This document shows positions 56,246-64,000 of a stretch of 64,000 bases of DNA, piece after piece. Origin of the DNA: an uncultured bacterium (GTDB lineage: Bacteria > Patescibacteriota > Patescibacteriia > Magasanikbacterales > UBA922); assembly GCA_937861125.1 (NCBI GenBank), contig CALMAY010000037.1, positions 260,941 through 324,940 on the forward strand. The letters run 5' to 3'. A model generated the notes under the pieces. That model was given only the letters and a program-made list of their open reading frames with translations. It was not told the DNA's origin and did no database searches. Every line of letters starts with the position of its first letter. Position 1 is the stretch's first letter. A program made the translations under genes and the position numbers.

Positions 56246-57283
56246 ATGTCTATGAGTAGCGTATCCATTTCATTATATCAACCGCATCGTATTGATGATG
56301 TATATAAAAAAATGCAAATTGAAGCAGATATTTTTGCGTCTTTTGAGTCAAGTGGAAGTGCGCAAAAAGCAATTGAAGAAATGTTTACTTTCTTTTTTAA
56401 ACAAGGGTTTAAAAAAGAGGTGATCGAAGTGTATTATGATTCTTATTGGAAATGGTTTGTTCGCATTTGTTCAACATATACCCGTGTTATTGATCCTATA
56501 CTATTTCCAAAAGTTTTTTCTACTATACTTGTTTCAAGTGTGAGCATGGGGTTTTCTCCTATAGATATATATATAGAATATCTTGCTCATACGCGTTCAT
56601 TGGCGTCTGAAGGGTTGGTGCAACAAATACATACACAATGTGTCGCTGAACTAAGACAGTCACAAGTATTTCTGGGATACGGAGGCATGAACATGCATCA
56701 GACCGTAAGTCAATTGTATGATACAGTAGTACATCGGTTTTCATCTTTGGATAGTTTGCAAAAAGCTGATTTTTATTTACGTACCCAAGAAGAAATATTT
56801 GAAAAAAATGACTTGGCTATATTTTTGGATTCTAATAAAAAAAGTGAAAGCATATCTTTGTTGTTTCAATTTCTTCAATTTTGTGATGCGACTAAAAATA
56901 TCGTACCAATTATTAGATCCTTTGAAAGAAAAAGAAATGAAATACCTGTTGATGTAGATGTGGTTAGATGGTTGAGTGAAGCACAACAAATGAATGTTTT
57001 GTTAGAACAAAGTGGTGTTCCAACAATTCCGAATAATTTACTGATGCAACCATTTAATATATTCGAATATTTCGATACGTTTATCAAAAAAGATGATGGT
57101 GTATATCCATTGGACAAAGTACTTACAGAGTTAAACGATATGGCAGATGTTCGCGAAGAACCACGTATTCGCGATGTTTATTATTACAATGAATCTACGG
57201 GTCAATTTGAATGGGATGAAGCATTGCTCAAAGAATTAGAATTGGTGCCATCAGATTTTGATATGAGTACAATACATACATAA
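56246..57283 (+). CDS. hypothetical soluble protein (T4SS-like cluster)
   Basis: 345-aa ORF starting 13 nt after the upstream stop. No recognised motif. Confidence 0.6.
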   Translation: MSMSSVSISLYQPHRIDDVYKKMQIEADIFASFESSGSAQKAIEEMFTFFFKQGFKKEVIEVYYDSYWKWFVRICSTYTRVIDPILFPKVFSTILVSSVSMGFSPIDIYIEYLAHTRSLASEGLVQQIHTQCVAELRQSQVFLGYGGMNMHQTVSQLYDTVVHRFSSLDSLQKADFYLRTQEEIFEKNDLAIFLDSNKKSESISLLFQFLQFCDATKNIVPIIRSFERKRNEIPVDVDVVRWLSEAQQMNVLLEQSGVPTIPNNLLMQPFNIFEYFDTFIKKDDGVYPLDKVLTELNDMADVREEPRIRDVYYYNESTGQFEWDEALLKELELVPSDFDMSTIHT

Positions 57284-57328
57284 AAATAAGTAGTAAGAAA
57301 AATATTGAGATTAAAACGAATACCTTGT

Positions 57329-58594
57329 ATGGCAGATGATCAAGCACAACAACCCATGATCCTCGTCAAAAAACCCGATGGTACATCTGTGCGGGTGCCT
57401 TTGTCGTCTTTGCAAGGAACAAAGAACAAGGAACAAGGAACAAGCCAGGTGGTGGGTGAAGATCAGAAGGTCAGAAGGTCAGAAAGTGGTACTGCAACGC
57501 AACAGCCAGTTGATACGTCTGTAGTTCAATCAGTAGCTATTGAACATGTGGATCAAAAAATGCTACCACCAGAACCACCACAGATGCTGCTTGAGGAATC
57601 GTATCAAGATGATGAGGCGTCACAAGAGCCCGGTATTACAGCGCCCCGCGACAGTGTGGCTCAGCGTGAGGTGGTACAGCAACCGGTTAATAATGTGTCA
57701 AATCTCACGCGTAGTACGCAGAACGTTGTACGCAGTACGTCCCAATGGTCTGCCGATGATCACTTGTCTCCACTGACTGAAGTGCTGCAAACACAAACAC
57801 CACATGAAGTGTCCTCTATTCGTGGTGAGGATCAGGTGGTGGCATTTTTGTCTACGTCATCCGTACCTATCAAACCAGAGTTACGAGGTCGAACGATTGC
57901 ACTCCTTTCTTCGTTGCTAAAGGGGGTGAGAAGTTCACAGCAGGTCATGGAGTATGCGGTAAAAGCGGTAGAAACAGGAGGACTACAACTTTCTGATGTA
58001 GAGGCTAGATCGTTGGTCCAGCAGGCGCAAGAGTATTTTCATCTTCGTCCAGGCGTGGCAGTAGCACGACGATCACCATCAAACACCACTTCTCTTGATT
58101 CTGTGTATGTGTCACAGCCACAAATATCACGCACGGTGCCAAAACCAACCTATGCACCTGTACATGAGAGCGGTGTACGTCCGCGTGTTACGGATATTAT
58201 CCTTCCGCCAGCCATACCAGCACCACATGTATCTCAGAGTGAGATACATGCTGTACCACCAGAGACACCTCTTGTGGTAGAACCTATGGGGCCTGTGGAA
58301 GAAATACAGACGTTTACCAAAGATGATTTCCGTCGTCTGAGTGCCAATCCCAAAGAAGCAGCGCACATGTTGCTTTTGCAGATGCAGCATGTGAGTGAAG
58401 AATCTCCTTTACTGGGACTTTCTGTGCGACGAGCATGGTTTTTGAGTCCTTTGTATACTGAGTATTTGGGTATGTTGGCAGACTCTCTTGAAAATGGTTT
58501 TTCTATTGCTGATATTGCGCAAGATGCCAACAGTCTAACAAAAGATGAGGTGCTTGCGTTGTTGGATATACATCGGGCGTGTGAGGAGGTATAG
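57329..58594 (+). CDS. hypothetical protein with a low-complexity N-terminal half (T4SS-like cluster)
   Basis: ATG at 57329 (MADDQAQQP). Q/P/S/V-rich disordered-looking region, then a conserved-looking C-terminal ~100 aa. No recognised motif. Confidence 0.6.
   Translation: MADDQAQQPMILVKKPDGTSVRVPLSSLQGTKNKEQGTSQVVGEDQKVRRSESGTATQQPVDTSVVQSVAIEHVDQKMLPPEPPQMLLEESYQDDEASQEPGITAPRDSVAQREVVQQPVNNVSNLTRSTQNVVRSTSQWSADDHLSPLTEVLQTQTPHEVSSIRGEDQVVAFLSTSSVPIKPELRGRTIALLSSLLKGVRSSQQVMEYAVKAVETGGLQLSDVEARSLVQQAQEYFHLRPGVAVARRSPSNTTSLDSVYVSQPQISRTVPKPTYAPVHESGVRPRVTDIILPPAIPAPHVSQSEIHAVPPETPLVVEPMGPVEEIQTFTKDDFRRLSANPKEAAHMLLLQMQHVSEESPLLGLSVRRAWFLSPLYTEYLGMLADSLENGFSIADIAQDANSLTKDEVLALLDIHRACEEV
57414..57441 (+). 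repeat. heptanucleotide tandem repeat (AAGGAAC x4, one variant) inside the CDS
   Basis: AAGGAAC AAAGAAC AAGGAAC AAGGAAC. The unit length is not a multiple of 3. Confidence 0.8.
57464..57487 (+). repeat. octanucleotide tandem repeat (CAGAAGGT x3, third variant) inside the CDS
   Basis: CAGAAGGT CAGAAGGT CAGAAAGT. The unit length is not a multiple of 3. Confidence 0.8.
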
Positions 58595-58622
58595 TTGATT
58601 TATTTATATTTTTTGGTATACT
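58595..58622 (+). promoter_or_regulatory. candidate promoter with an extended -10, probably giving a leaderless mRNA
   Basis: TTGATT (58595-58600), a 16-nt spacer whose last 3 nt are TGG, so TGG-TATACT spans 58614-58622. The ATG at 58631 is only 8 nt after the -10. Confidence 0.4.
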
Positions 58623-58630
58623 CGTAGTAT

Positions 58631-58957
58631 ATGGACCCTGTTTCACAGCGTTTGGATACAATGGAAAAAAACTTCTCAGATATGCTGGAGATTCTTGGTG
58701 TTATTCGTGATAATATGGCTAGCAAAGAAGATTTGGCTGCGTTAGAAAAACGAATGGATGGTAAAATAGAGCGACTCGAAGCAAAAGTTGACAGAAACCA
58801 TATGGAGTTGGAAGCAAAAGTTGACAGAAACCATACAGAAATGCTTGAGCATGTTGATGGATTTATCGGTTTACATAAGGATCAGGAGCAAGAAATCTTT
58901 GCTCTTTCTGCTCGTGTTGAGCGTGTAGAGAAAAAAGTGGACAAAGTCATATCTTAA
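58631..58957 (+). CDS. small coiled-coil protein (T4SS-like cluster)
   Basis: 108-aa heptad-rich ORF containing an internal 11-aa duplication, LEAKVDRNHME / LEAKVDRNHTE. Confidence 0.6.
   Translation: MDPVSQRLDTMEKNFSDMLEILGVIRDNMASKEDLAALEKRMDGKIERLEAKVDRNHMELEAKVDRNHTEMLEHVDGFIGLHKDQEQEIFALSARVERVEKKVDKVIS
58778..58835 (+). repeat. 33-nt-period direct duplication
   Basis: An identical 25-mer, GAAGCAAAAGTTGACAGAAACCATA, occurs at 58778-58802 and 58811-58835. Confidence 0.85.
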
Positions 58958-58974
58958 GTAAAACAAGATAGAAG

Positions 58975-59004
58975 CACTAGTTATCCACACTAGTGTTTTT
59001 GTTT
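58975..59004 (+). terminator. rho-independent terminator
   Basis: CACTAGT-tatccac-ACTAGTG followed by TTTTTGTTTG. Confidence 0.65.
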
Positions 59005-59040
59005 GTCCGTTGTGGGTGCGTGGCGTCCATGTGAGTTCTG

Positions 59041-59049
59041 TGGTATACT
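59041..59049 (+). promoter_or_regulatory. extended -10 element TGGTATACT, probably giving a leaderless mRNA
   Basis: The -10 ends 6 nt before the ATG at 59056. Confidence 0.35.
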
Positions 59050-59055
59050 GTGTCT

Positions 59056-59511
59056 ATGCAACAACAATTTATCGTGCCACAATTTATTGAAGTTGAAGAT
59101 AAAATTTTTGGGCCGATTACTGTACGGCAATTTTTGATTTTGCTTGTCGGTTCTTTACTTGAGTTTTTAGTATATCGTTTTGCAGATTTCCAGTTGTTTG
59201 TCGTACTTACTGCATTGATTGGTGGCACTACACTGCTTTTTGCATTTGCCAAGATCAATGGGCAGACGTTCCACTATTTTTTATTGAATTTGTTTCAGAC
59301 GTTGCGTCGCCCGAGCATTCGTATTTGGAGAAAGTTTTATACCAAAAGTGATCTGCTTTTTATTATCAAACAAGGTATCCCAGAAGTGATTGTCCCTGAA
59401 GAAAAAAAGACAGTACGTCCTCAGCGGATGCGTGATTTATCTCTCGTGGTCAATACGGGTGGATATTATAGAGAAGGATTGGACCAGGAATCTGATGATA
59501 TGTCAGTATGA
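59056..59511 (+). CDS. PrgI-family (VirB3-like) small membrane protein
   Basis: The N-terminus MQQQFIVPQFIEVEDKIFGPITVRQFLILLVG, followed by two TM helices, is the pattern of PrgI-family proteins in Gram-positive T4SSs. Confidence 0.7.
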   Translation: MQQQFIVPQFIEVEDKIFGPITVRQFLILLVGSLLEFLVYRFADFQLFVVLTALIGGTTLLFAFAKINGQTFHYFLLNLFQTLRRPSIRIWRKFYTKSDLLFIIKQGIPEVIVPEEKKTVRPQRMRDLSLVVNTGGYYREGLDQESDDMSV

Positions 59512-60191
59512 AAAATGAGCAAGCACAAAAACAGACAGCCAAAAAACCATCAGCACAGCAGTATCTGCCGATTGCTGAGATTCGTGACGGGGTGGTGATT
59601 CTCAAAGATGGCACGTTGCGTGGCGTATTTTTGGTAAGTAGTATCAATTTTTCACTCAAATCAGAAGATGAACAAAATGCGCTGGTGTCAGGGTATGTAG
59701 GATTTCTCAATGGGCTTGATCACCCACTTCAGATTGTGATGCAGTCACGACGACTTCAAATCAAACCGTACCTCGAACAACTTGCAGCCATTGAAAAAGG
59801 ACAACGTAATGAATTGTTGCGAGCACAGACAGCGGATTATCGTTCATTTGTGACTGAGCTCGTTTCGTTGGGTGATATTATGACCAAACGATTTTATGTT
59901 GTAGTGCCCTATGATCCGATGACAAACAAAAAGAAAGGGTTCTTTACTCGTGTCAAAGAGGTGTTCAAACCATTGCGAGTTGTGCGTGTATCTGACAAAC
60001 TATTTGATCAGCGCAAACAAGAACTAGAAGGGCGAATGAGGCAAGTAGAAAATGGACTCGGTGCTCTGAGTCTCACGGTTGCACGACTTGATACACAGTC
60101 ATTGATTGAGTTGTATTATAATACGTACAATCCAGACATTGCATTTTCTGAGCAGCTTACAGATCTCAATACACTTCGTGTAGAAACATAA
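59508..60191 (+). CDS. protein resembling the N-terminal domain of Gram-positive VirB4 ATPases (separate ORF)
   Basis: ATGA overlap with the PrgI-like gene. QQYLPIAEIRDGVVILKDGTLRGVFLVSSINFSLKSEDEQNALVSGYVGFLNGL resembles, from memory, the start of ConE/Orf16/CD1110-type VirB4 proteins. Confidence 0.5.
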   Translation: MKNEQAQKQTAKKPSAQQYLPIAEIRDGVVILKDGTLRGVFLVSSINFSLKSEDEQNALVSGYVGFLNGLDHPLQIVMQSRRLQIKPYLEQLAAIEKGQRNELLRAQTADYRSFVTELVSLGDIMTKRFYVVVPYDPMTNKKKGFFTRVKEVFKPLRVVRVSDKLFDQRKQELEGRMRQVENGLGALSLTVARLDTQSLIELYYNTYNPDIAFSEQLTDLNTLRVET

Positions 60192-60198
60192 TTACTAT

Positions 60199-62085
60199 AT
60201 GGCTGTTTTTAAACCAGAGCGTATCCAAACTACACCAATTGAAAAACCAGTCAAACGAGGTTTGTTTTCATTTACCAAAAAATCACAAACAAATACAACA
60301 AAGGATGATATTATTTCACTGGAGGAAGAGCGCATCTATCGAGCTGGTACCGTCGCGATCCGTGATTTGATTGCACCAAGTGCGTTTCGAGTTGAGTCCA
60401 GTTTTATTCAGCTAGGTGATGTATTTGTACGTACGATCTATGTGATTACTTATCCACGCTATATTAGTGTTGGGTGGGCGGCACCGATGCTCAATTTGAA
60501 CTTGACGATGGATGTCAGTATGTTTTTTTATCCTGTACCGTCGCACATCATCCTCAAGCAGCTCAAGAAAAAAGTGGGTGCGGTGCAGGCACAGCTCTCT
60601 GCCGATGCAGAAAAGGGTGCGCCACGTGACCCACTACGTGAGACAGCGCTTCGTGACATCGAGCAACTTCGTGATGATCTGACACAGGGGATTGAGCACT
60701 TTTTTCAATTTGCTTTTTATGTCACTTTGTATTCCAAGAGTACGGAAGAACTAGACAAAACAACAGAAGATATTGAAAACATGTTTGGGTCAAAACTGAT
60801 GTATACCAAACATGTTCTCTTCCAAGCTGAACAGGGTTTTAATTCGACTGTGCCACTAGGTATGGATGATTTGGTAGTGTCATTTAATATGAATAGTAGT
60901 CCAATTGCATCGTCATTTCCATTTATGTCATCTGAATTGACGAGTGATTCTGGAATTCTCTACGGTATCAATCGTCATAATAATAGTTTAATTATCTTTG
61001 ATCGATTTAGTTTGCAAAATGCCAACATGGTTGTGTTTGCAACCTCTGGTGCGGGTAAGTCCTATACAGTAAAGCTTGAAGTATTGCGTAGTCTCATGAT
61101 GGGGACGGATGTCATTATTATTGATCCTGAAATGGAGTACAATCATCTCTGCGAAGCAGTCGGTGGTACATATATCAATATTTCTCTTTCTTCGGAGAGT
61201 AAAGTCAATCCGTTTGATCTTCCTCGACCAGCAGCTGATATACAGATTTCTACTGAGGATGTTATTCGTAACGCAGTAATTACAACTAAAGGATTGTGTC
61301 GTATCATGTTTGGATCTATGACACCACAGGAAGATTCGATTGTGGATCGCGCATTGATTGAGACATTTGCAAAAAAAGATATCACTGGTTCATCAGATTT
61401 ATCATTGGTTGAAGCGCCAATCATGCAAGATTTTCTTGATGTTTTGGAAGGGATGGAAGGTGCTGAGACATTAGCACTCAAATTACGTAAATACACAGAA
61501 GGAACGTTTGCTGGACTGTTTAATTCTCCTACAAATGTCAATACAAATAATCAATTGGTGGTATTTTCTGTTCGAGATCTTGAAGATGAGCTTCGTCCGC
61601 TGGCGATCTATTCATTGGTCAACTATATTTGGAATATTGTTCGCTCTGAACGCAAAAAGCGTTTGTTGATTATTGATGAGGCATGGTGGTTGATGCAGCA
61701 TGAAGATAGTGCAAAGTTTATCTATGCGTTAGTTAAACGATGTCGCAAATATTATTTGGGTGTGACTACAATTACTCAGGATGTGAATGACTTTTTGGGT
61801 TCTCCATATGGCAAGGCGATTGTGACCAACTCTGCGTTGCAATTATTACTTCGTCAATCTCCTGCTGCAGTAGATATTATTCAAAAAACATTTTTATTAA
61901 CCGAAGGAGAAAAGTATCTTCTTCTTGAAGGAGCGGTTGGTGAGGGTATTTTCTTTGCGGGGCTGAAACATGCGGCAATTCGTGTTGTGGCAAGTTATAC
62001 CGAAGATCAGCTTGTGACAACCAATCCAGAACAGTTGTTGCAAATTGATAAAGCAAAAAAAGAATTTGAAGAACAGATGAGGTAA
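60199..62085 (+). CDS. VirB4/TraE-class T4SS ATPase (lacking the extreme N-terminal domain)
   Basis: Walker A FATSGAGKSYTVK and Walker B RLLIIDEAWWLM, with an upstream VRTIYVITYPRYISVGW segment typical of VirB4. 628 aa. Confidence 0.8.
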   Translation: MAVFKPERIQTTPIEKPVKRGLFSFTKKSQTNTTKDDIISLEEERIYRAGTVAIRDLIAPSAFRVESSFIQLGDVFVRTIYVITYPRYISVGWAAPMLNLNLTMDVSMFFYPVPSHIILKQLKKKVGAVQAQLSADAEKGAPRDPLRETALRDIEQLRDDLTQGIEHFFQFAFYVTLYSKSTEELDKTTEDIENMFGSKLMYTKHVLFQAEQGFNSTVPLGMDDLVVSFNMNSSPIASSFPFMSSELTSDSGILYGINRHNNSLIIFDRFSLQNANMVVFATSGAGKSYTVKLEVLRSLMMGTDVIIIDPEMEYNHLCEAVGGTYINISLSSESKVNPFDLPRPAADIQISTEDVIRNAVITTKGLCRIMFGSMTPQEDSIVDRALIETFAKKDITGSSDLSLVEAPIMQDFLDVLEGMEGAETLALKLRKYTEGTFAGLFNSPTNVNTNNQLVVFSVRDLEDELRPLAIYSLVNYIWNIVRSERKKRLLIIDEAWWLMQHEDSAKFIYALVKRCRKYYLGVTTITQDVNDFLGSPYGKAIVTNSALQLLLRQSPAAVDIIQKTFLLTEGEKYLLLEGAVGEGIFFAGLKHAAIRVVASYTEDQLVTTNPEQLLQIDKAKKEFEEQMR

Positions 62086-62205
62086 AAGCTACAAAGTAAG
62101 GAAGCAACGAAGTGTAAAAGGCCAGATAACTGGAGATTAAGAGATAGTAGGATGATATATTATTTATTAGAAATTAGATATTAGAAATTGGTAATTTTTA
62201 TACAT

Positions 62206-62802
62206 ATGTTTTCACTCCGCCAACGTATTTTTATCATCATCTCTATTGTTTTGGGTATTATTGCGATTATTGTTGCTGGTATTTTGATCACTGGTCGTCT
62301 GAGACAGTCTGACCCACAGACAGTCAACGAAGCACAGCAACCTGGTGATCAGCCACCAGTAGCGCCTAATGCGTTGATCCAGCAGCCTGGTGTGGTACCA
62401 CCGCCAACAGGTGTGTTGGAACCATCATTTCCAAATGATATCCCAAAGGAACGTCTGGCACGGCAGGTGGCAGAATTGTTTGTTGAGCGTTTTGCAACTC
62501 GTTCAAATCAAAATGAAAACGCACATATTGATGCGGTGTTACCGTTTGTGACTGAGACTATGGCACGATGGACGCAGACGCAGACAGTTACTCAAAGTGG
62601 TGGATATGTGGGAGTGCGTACAGATGTGGTGACAACAGATGTGACTACTATTACGGATAGTGCAGCAACAGTTCGTATAGAAGCGACGCAGCTGACTGAA
62701 AATGGAAACACGACACAGAGTGCACAGAAAACAGGACGAGTGGAATTGGTGCTAGACGCAAACGGTGTGTGGAAAGTAAATGGATTTTTCTGGGATAAAT
62801 AA
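62206..62802 (+). CDS. membrane-anchored protein, candidate VirB8/TcpC-like (NTF2-like fold inferred)
   Basis: One N-terminal TM (IFIIISIVLGIIAIIVAGILI) and a Pro-rich linker. The ~130-aa C-terminal domain ends RVELVLDANGVWKVNGFFW, which is a SnoaL/NTF2-like pattern. The position after VirB4 fits this role. Confidence 0.4.
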   Translation: MFSLRQRIFIIISIVLGIIAIIVAGILITGRLRQSDPQTVNEAQQPGDQPPVAPNALIQQPGVVPPPTGVLEPSFPNDIPKERLARQVAELFVERFATRSNQNENAHIDAVLPFVTETMARWTQTQTVTQSGGYVGVRTDVVTTDVTTITDSAATVRIEATQLTENGNTTQSAQKTGRVELVLDANGVWKVNGFFWDK

Positions 62803-62998
62803 TATTATGTTTTCTTTTGTCATTCTGATGTCATTCCGACTGAGCGTAGCGATTGGAGGAATCCTTTTGTGATATCTGACCTAACGAGAACGAAGTGAAT
62901 AAAAGTAAGTGATTTACGAAAGGGATCTCTCGGTTTCGATCGGGATGACAACGATATCTAAAATTGAAATCAAAAGTGTTGTCATAATTCGTCGTTAT

Positions 62999-63712
62999 AT
63001 GGTTTGGGGAGAGACGTTTTTTCATGCGGTGAAACAGCACGTCAATGATGTGCTGTTTCCTGTTTTTTGTCTGGGATGTCGCAGGGAGGGGCAGTGGGTG
63101 TGTGATGAGTGTTTACTGCAGATATCGCCATTGACACAGACGTCTTGTTTTTCATGCGGTGTGACTCTCAGAAACAATGCGTGCTGTGATGTGTGTCGTA
63201 CAGAGAGATGTGTGGATGTCTATTGGTCGTTGTATTCACATCAGATACCACTTATGTCAGATATGATTGAACAATTAAAATATCATGGTGCTTCTGATGT
63301 GGTACTGGCAGTGTCAGCGCTATGTGCGAGACACCAGTATTTGCAATCACTCGTGTCTTGTGTTGATATGATCATTCCGGTTCCACTTCATCCTGTACGA
63401 TTTCGTGAGCGGGGATTTAATCAATCTGAGTATATTGCGCATGCGATAGGATCTGTTGTGGGAGTACCTGTAGTATGTTCTGTGCTTGTGCGAAATAAGA
63501 AAACAAAACAACAAGCCATGTTATCACTACAGGAAAGAAAAGAAAATGTAGTAGACGCCTTTGTGTGTATTGATTCTGATATGGTGCGGGGGAGGCGTGT
63601 GGTATTGGTTGATGATGTGCTTACAAGTGCGAGTACAGTCGATGCATGTGCTGTATCTTTGAAGAAAGCAGGGGTACAGTCTGTATATGTGCTAACATTG
63701 GCGAGAGGCTAA
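62999..63712 (+). CDS. comF: ComF-family protein (phosphoribosyltransferase-like competence protein)
   Basis: N-terminal Cys4 cluster CLGCRREGQWVCDEC...CFSCG. C-terminal PRTase motif VVLVDDVLTSASTVDAC. ATG at 62999 chosen. Confidence 0.85.
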   Translation: MVWGETFFHAVKQHVNDVLFPVFCLGCRREGQWVCDECLLQISPLTQTSCFSCGVTLRNNACCDVCRTERCVDVYWSLYSHQIPLMSDMIEQLKYHGASDVVLAVSALCARHQYLQSLVSCVDMIIPVPLHPVRFRERGFNQSEYIAHAIGSVVGVPVVCSVLVRNKKTKQQAMLSLQERKENVVDAFVCIDSDMVRGRRVVLVDDVLTSASTVDACAVSLKKAGVQSVYVLTLARG

Positions 63713-63718
63713 GAGATA

Positions 63719-63747
63719 TTGACGTTTTCTTTTTTTTCTTGTAGTAT
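63719..63747 (+). promoter_or_regulatory. candidate promoter for the tRNA-Ser pair
   Basis: TTGACG, a 17-nt spacer, then TAGTAT, ending 28 nt upstream of the first tRNA. Confidence 0.35.
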
Positions 63748-63774
63748 ATTGACCATACACAACGTATTTGTTGT

Positions 63775-63864
63775 GGAGAGATGGCTGAGTGGTCGATAGC
63801 AACGGTTTACTAAACCGTAGTTCTCGCAAGAGGACCCAGGGTTCGAATCCCTGTCTCTCCGCCA
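63775..63864 (+). tRNA. tRNA-Ser-like class II tRNA whose anticodon reads ACU (unusual)
   Basis: Acceptor GGAGAGA/TCTCTCC, a 3-bp D stem (GCT/AGC), anticodon arm ACGGT-TTACTAA-ACCGT, a long variable arm, T-arm CAGGGTTCGAATCCCTG and an encoded CCA. Confidence 0.75.
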
Positions 63865-63872
63865 GGAGATGA

Positions 63873-63958
<86 letters not shown>

Positions 63959-64000
63959 GTATTCAACGAGAAACAATTAACTTTTGACAATTGACTGCTA

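Noticed and set aside
62838-62870. TGAGCGTAGCGA-containing segment (GTCATTCCGACTGAGCGTAGCGATTGGAGGAATCC) upstream of comF, sharing a 12-mer with the rnpB insert (GAGTGAGCGTAGCGAATCGAATGAC at about 11598-11622).
   Set aside because: There are only two copies and the shared core is short. I cannot distinguish a real repeat family from chance without a genome-wide search. It is noted as something to include in such a search.

Overview
The gene content suggests a chromosomal segment from a small-genome, CPR/Patescibacteria-like bacterium; this lineage call is inference and no search was run. The code appears standard: TGA is used as a stop, RF2 is present, and AGA sits at a conserved Arg in ValRS. 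Most start codons lack an obvious Shine-Dalgarno sequence. I call about 50 protein genes, 4 tRNAs (Leu-GAG, Leu-CAA and two adjacent Ser) and an unusually long RNase P RNA.

Housekeeping blocks:
- valS-tyrS-argS, speH, and prfB-rsmA.
- asnS and an archaeal-type aspS.
- scpAB, a D-Ala-D-Ala carboxypeptidase, an HDAC-family enzyme, and parAB.
- rel, topA, dprA, pth, der, an LCP-family protein, and comF.
- An envelope-glycan set: a polyprenyl-phosphate sugar transferase with two GT4 enzymes, and a GT2 fused to a GT-C membrane domain.

Two accessory blocks stand out:
- 18034-28383 is a three-gene operon built around a 3079-aa secreted, cysteine-rich giant protein.
- 51193-62802 is a Gram-positive-type T4SS-like cluster. 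It has a VirB6/TrbL-like protein with a very long extension, a PrgI/VirB3-like protein, an apparently split VirB4, a VirB8-like candidate, and four ORFs I cannot assign. No relaxase, coupling protein or integrase is seen in the window, and comF lies directly downstream.

Other points of interest:
- A purine-run/GGAYACAAG repeat family sits in inverted orientation on either side of a 23S-IVS-type four-helix-bundle gene.
- One tRNA-Ser reads as anticodon ACU.
- Two gene remnants abut head to head.
- Three consecutive stem-loops lie between asnS and aspS.
- Short tandem repeats whose unit length is not a multiple of 3 occur in a T4SS-cluster ORF.

No CRISPR array, transposase, integrase or rRNA gene was seen.
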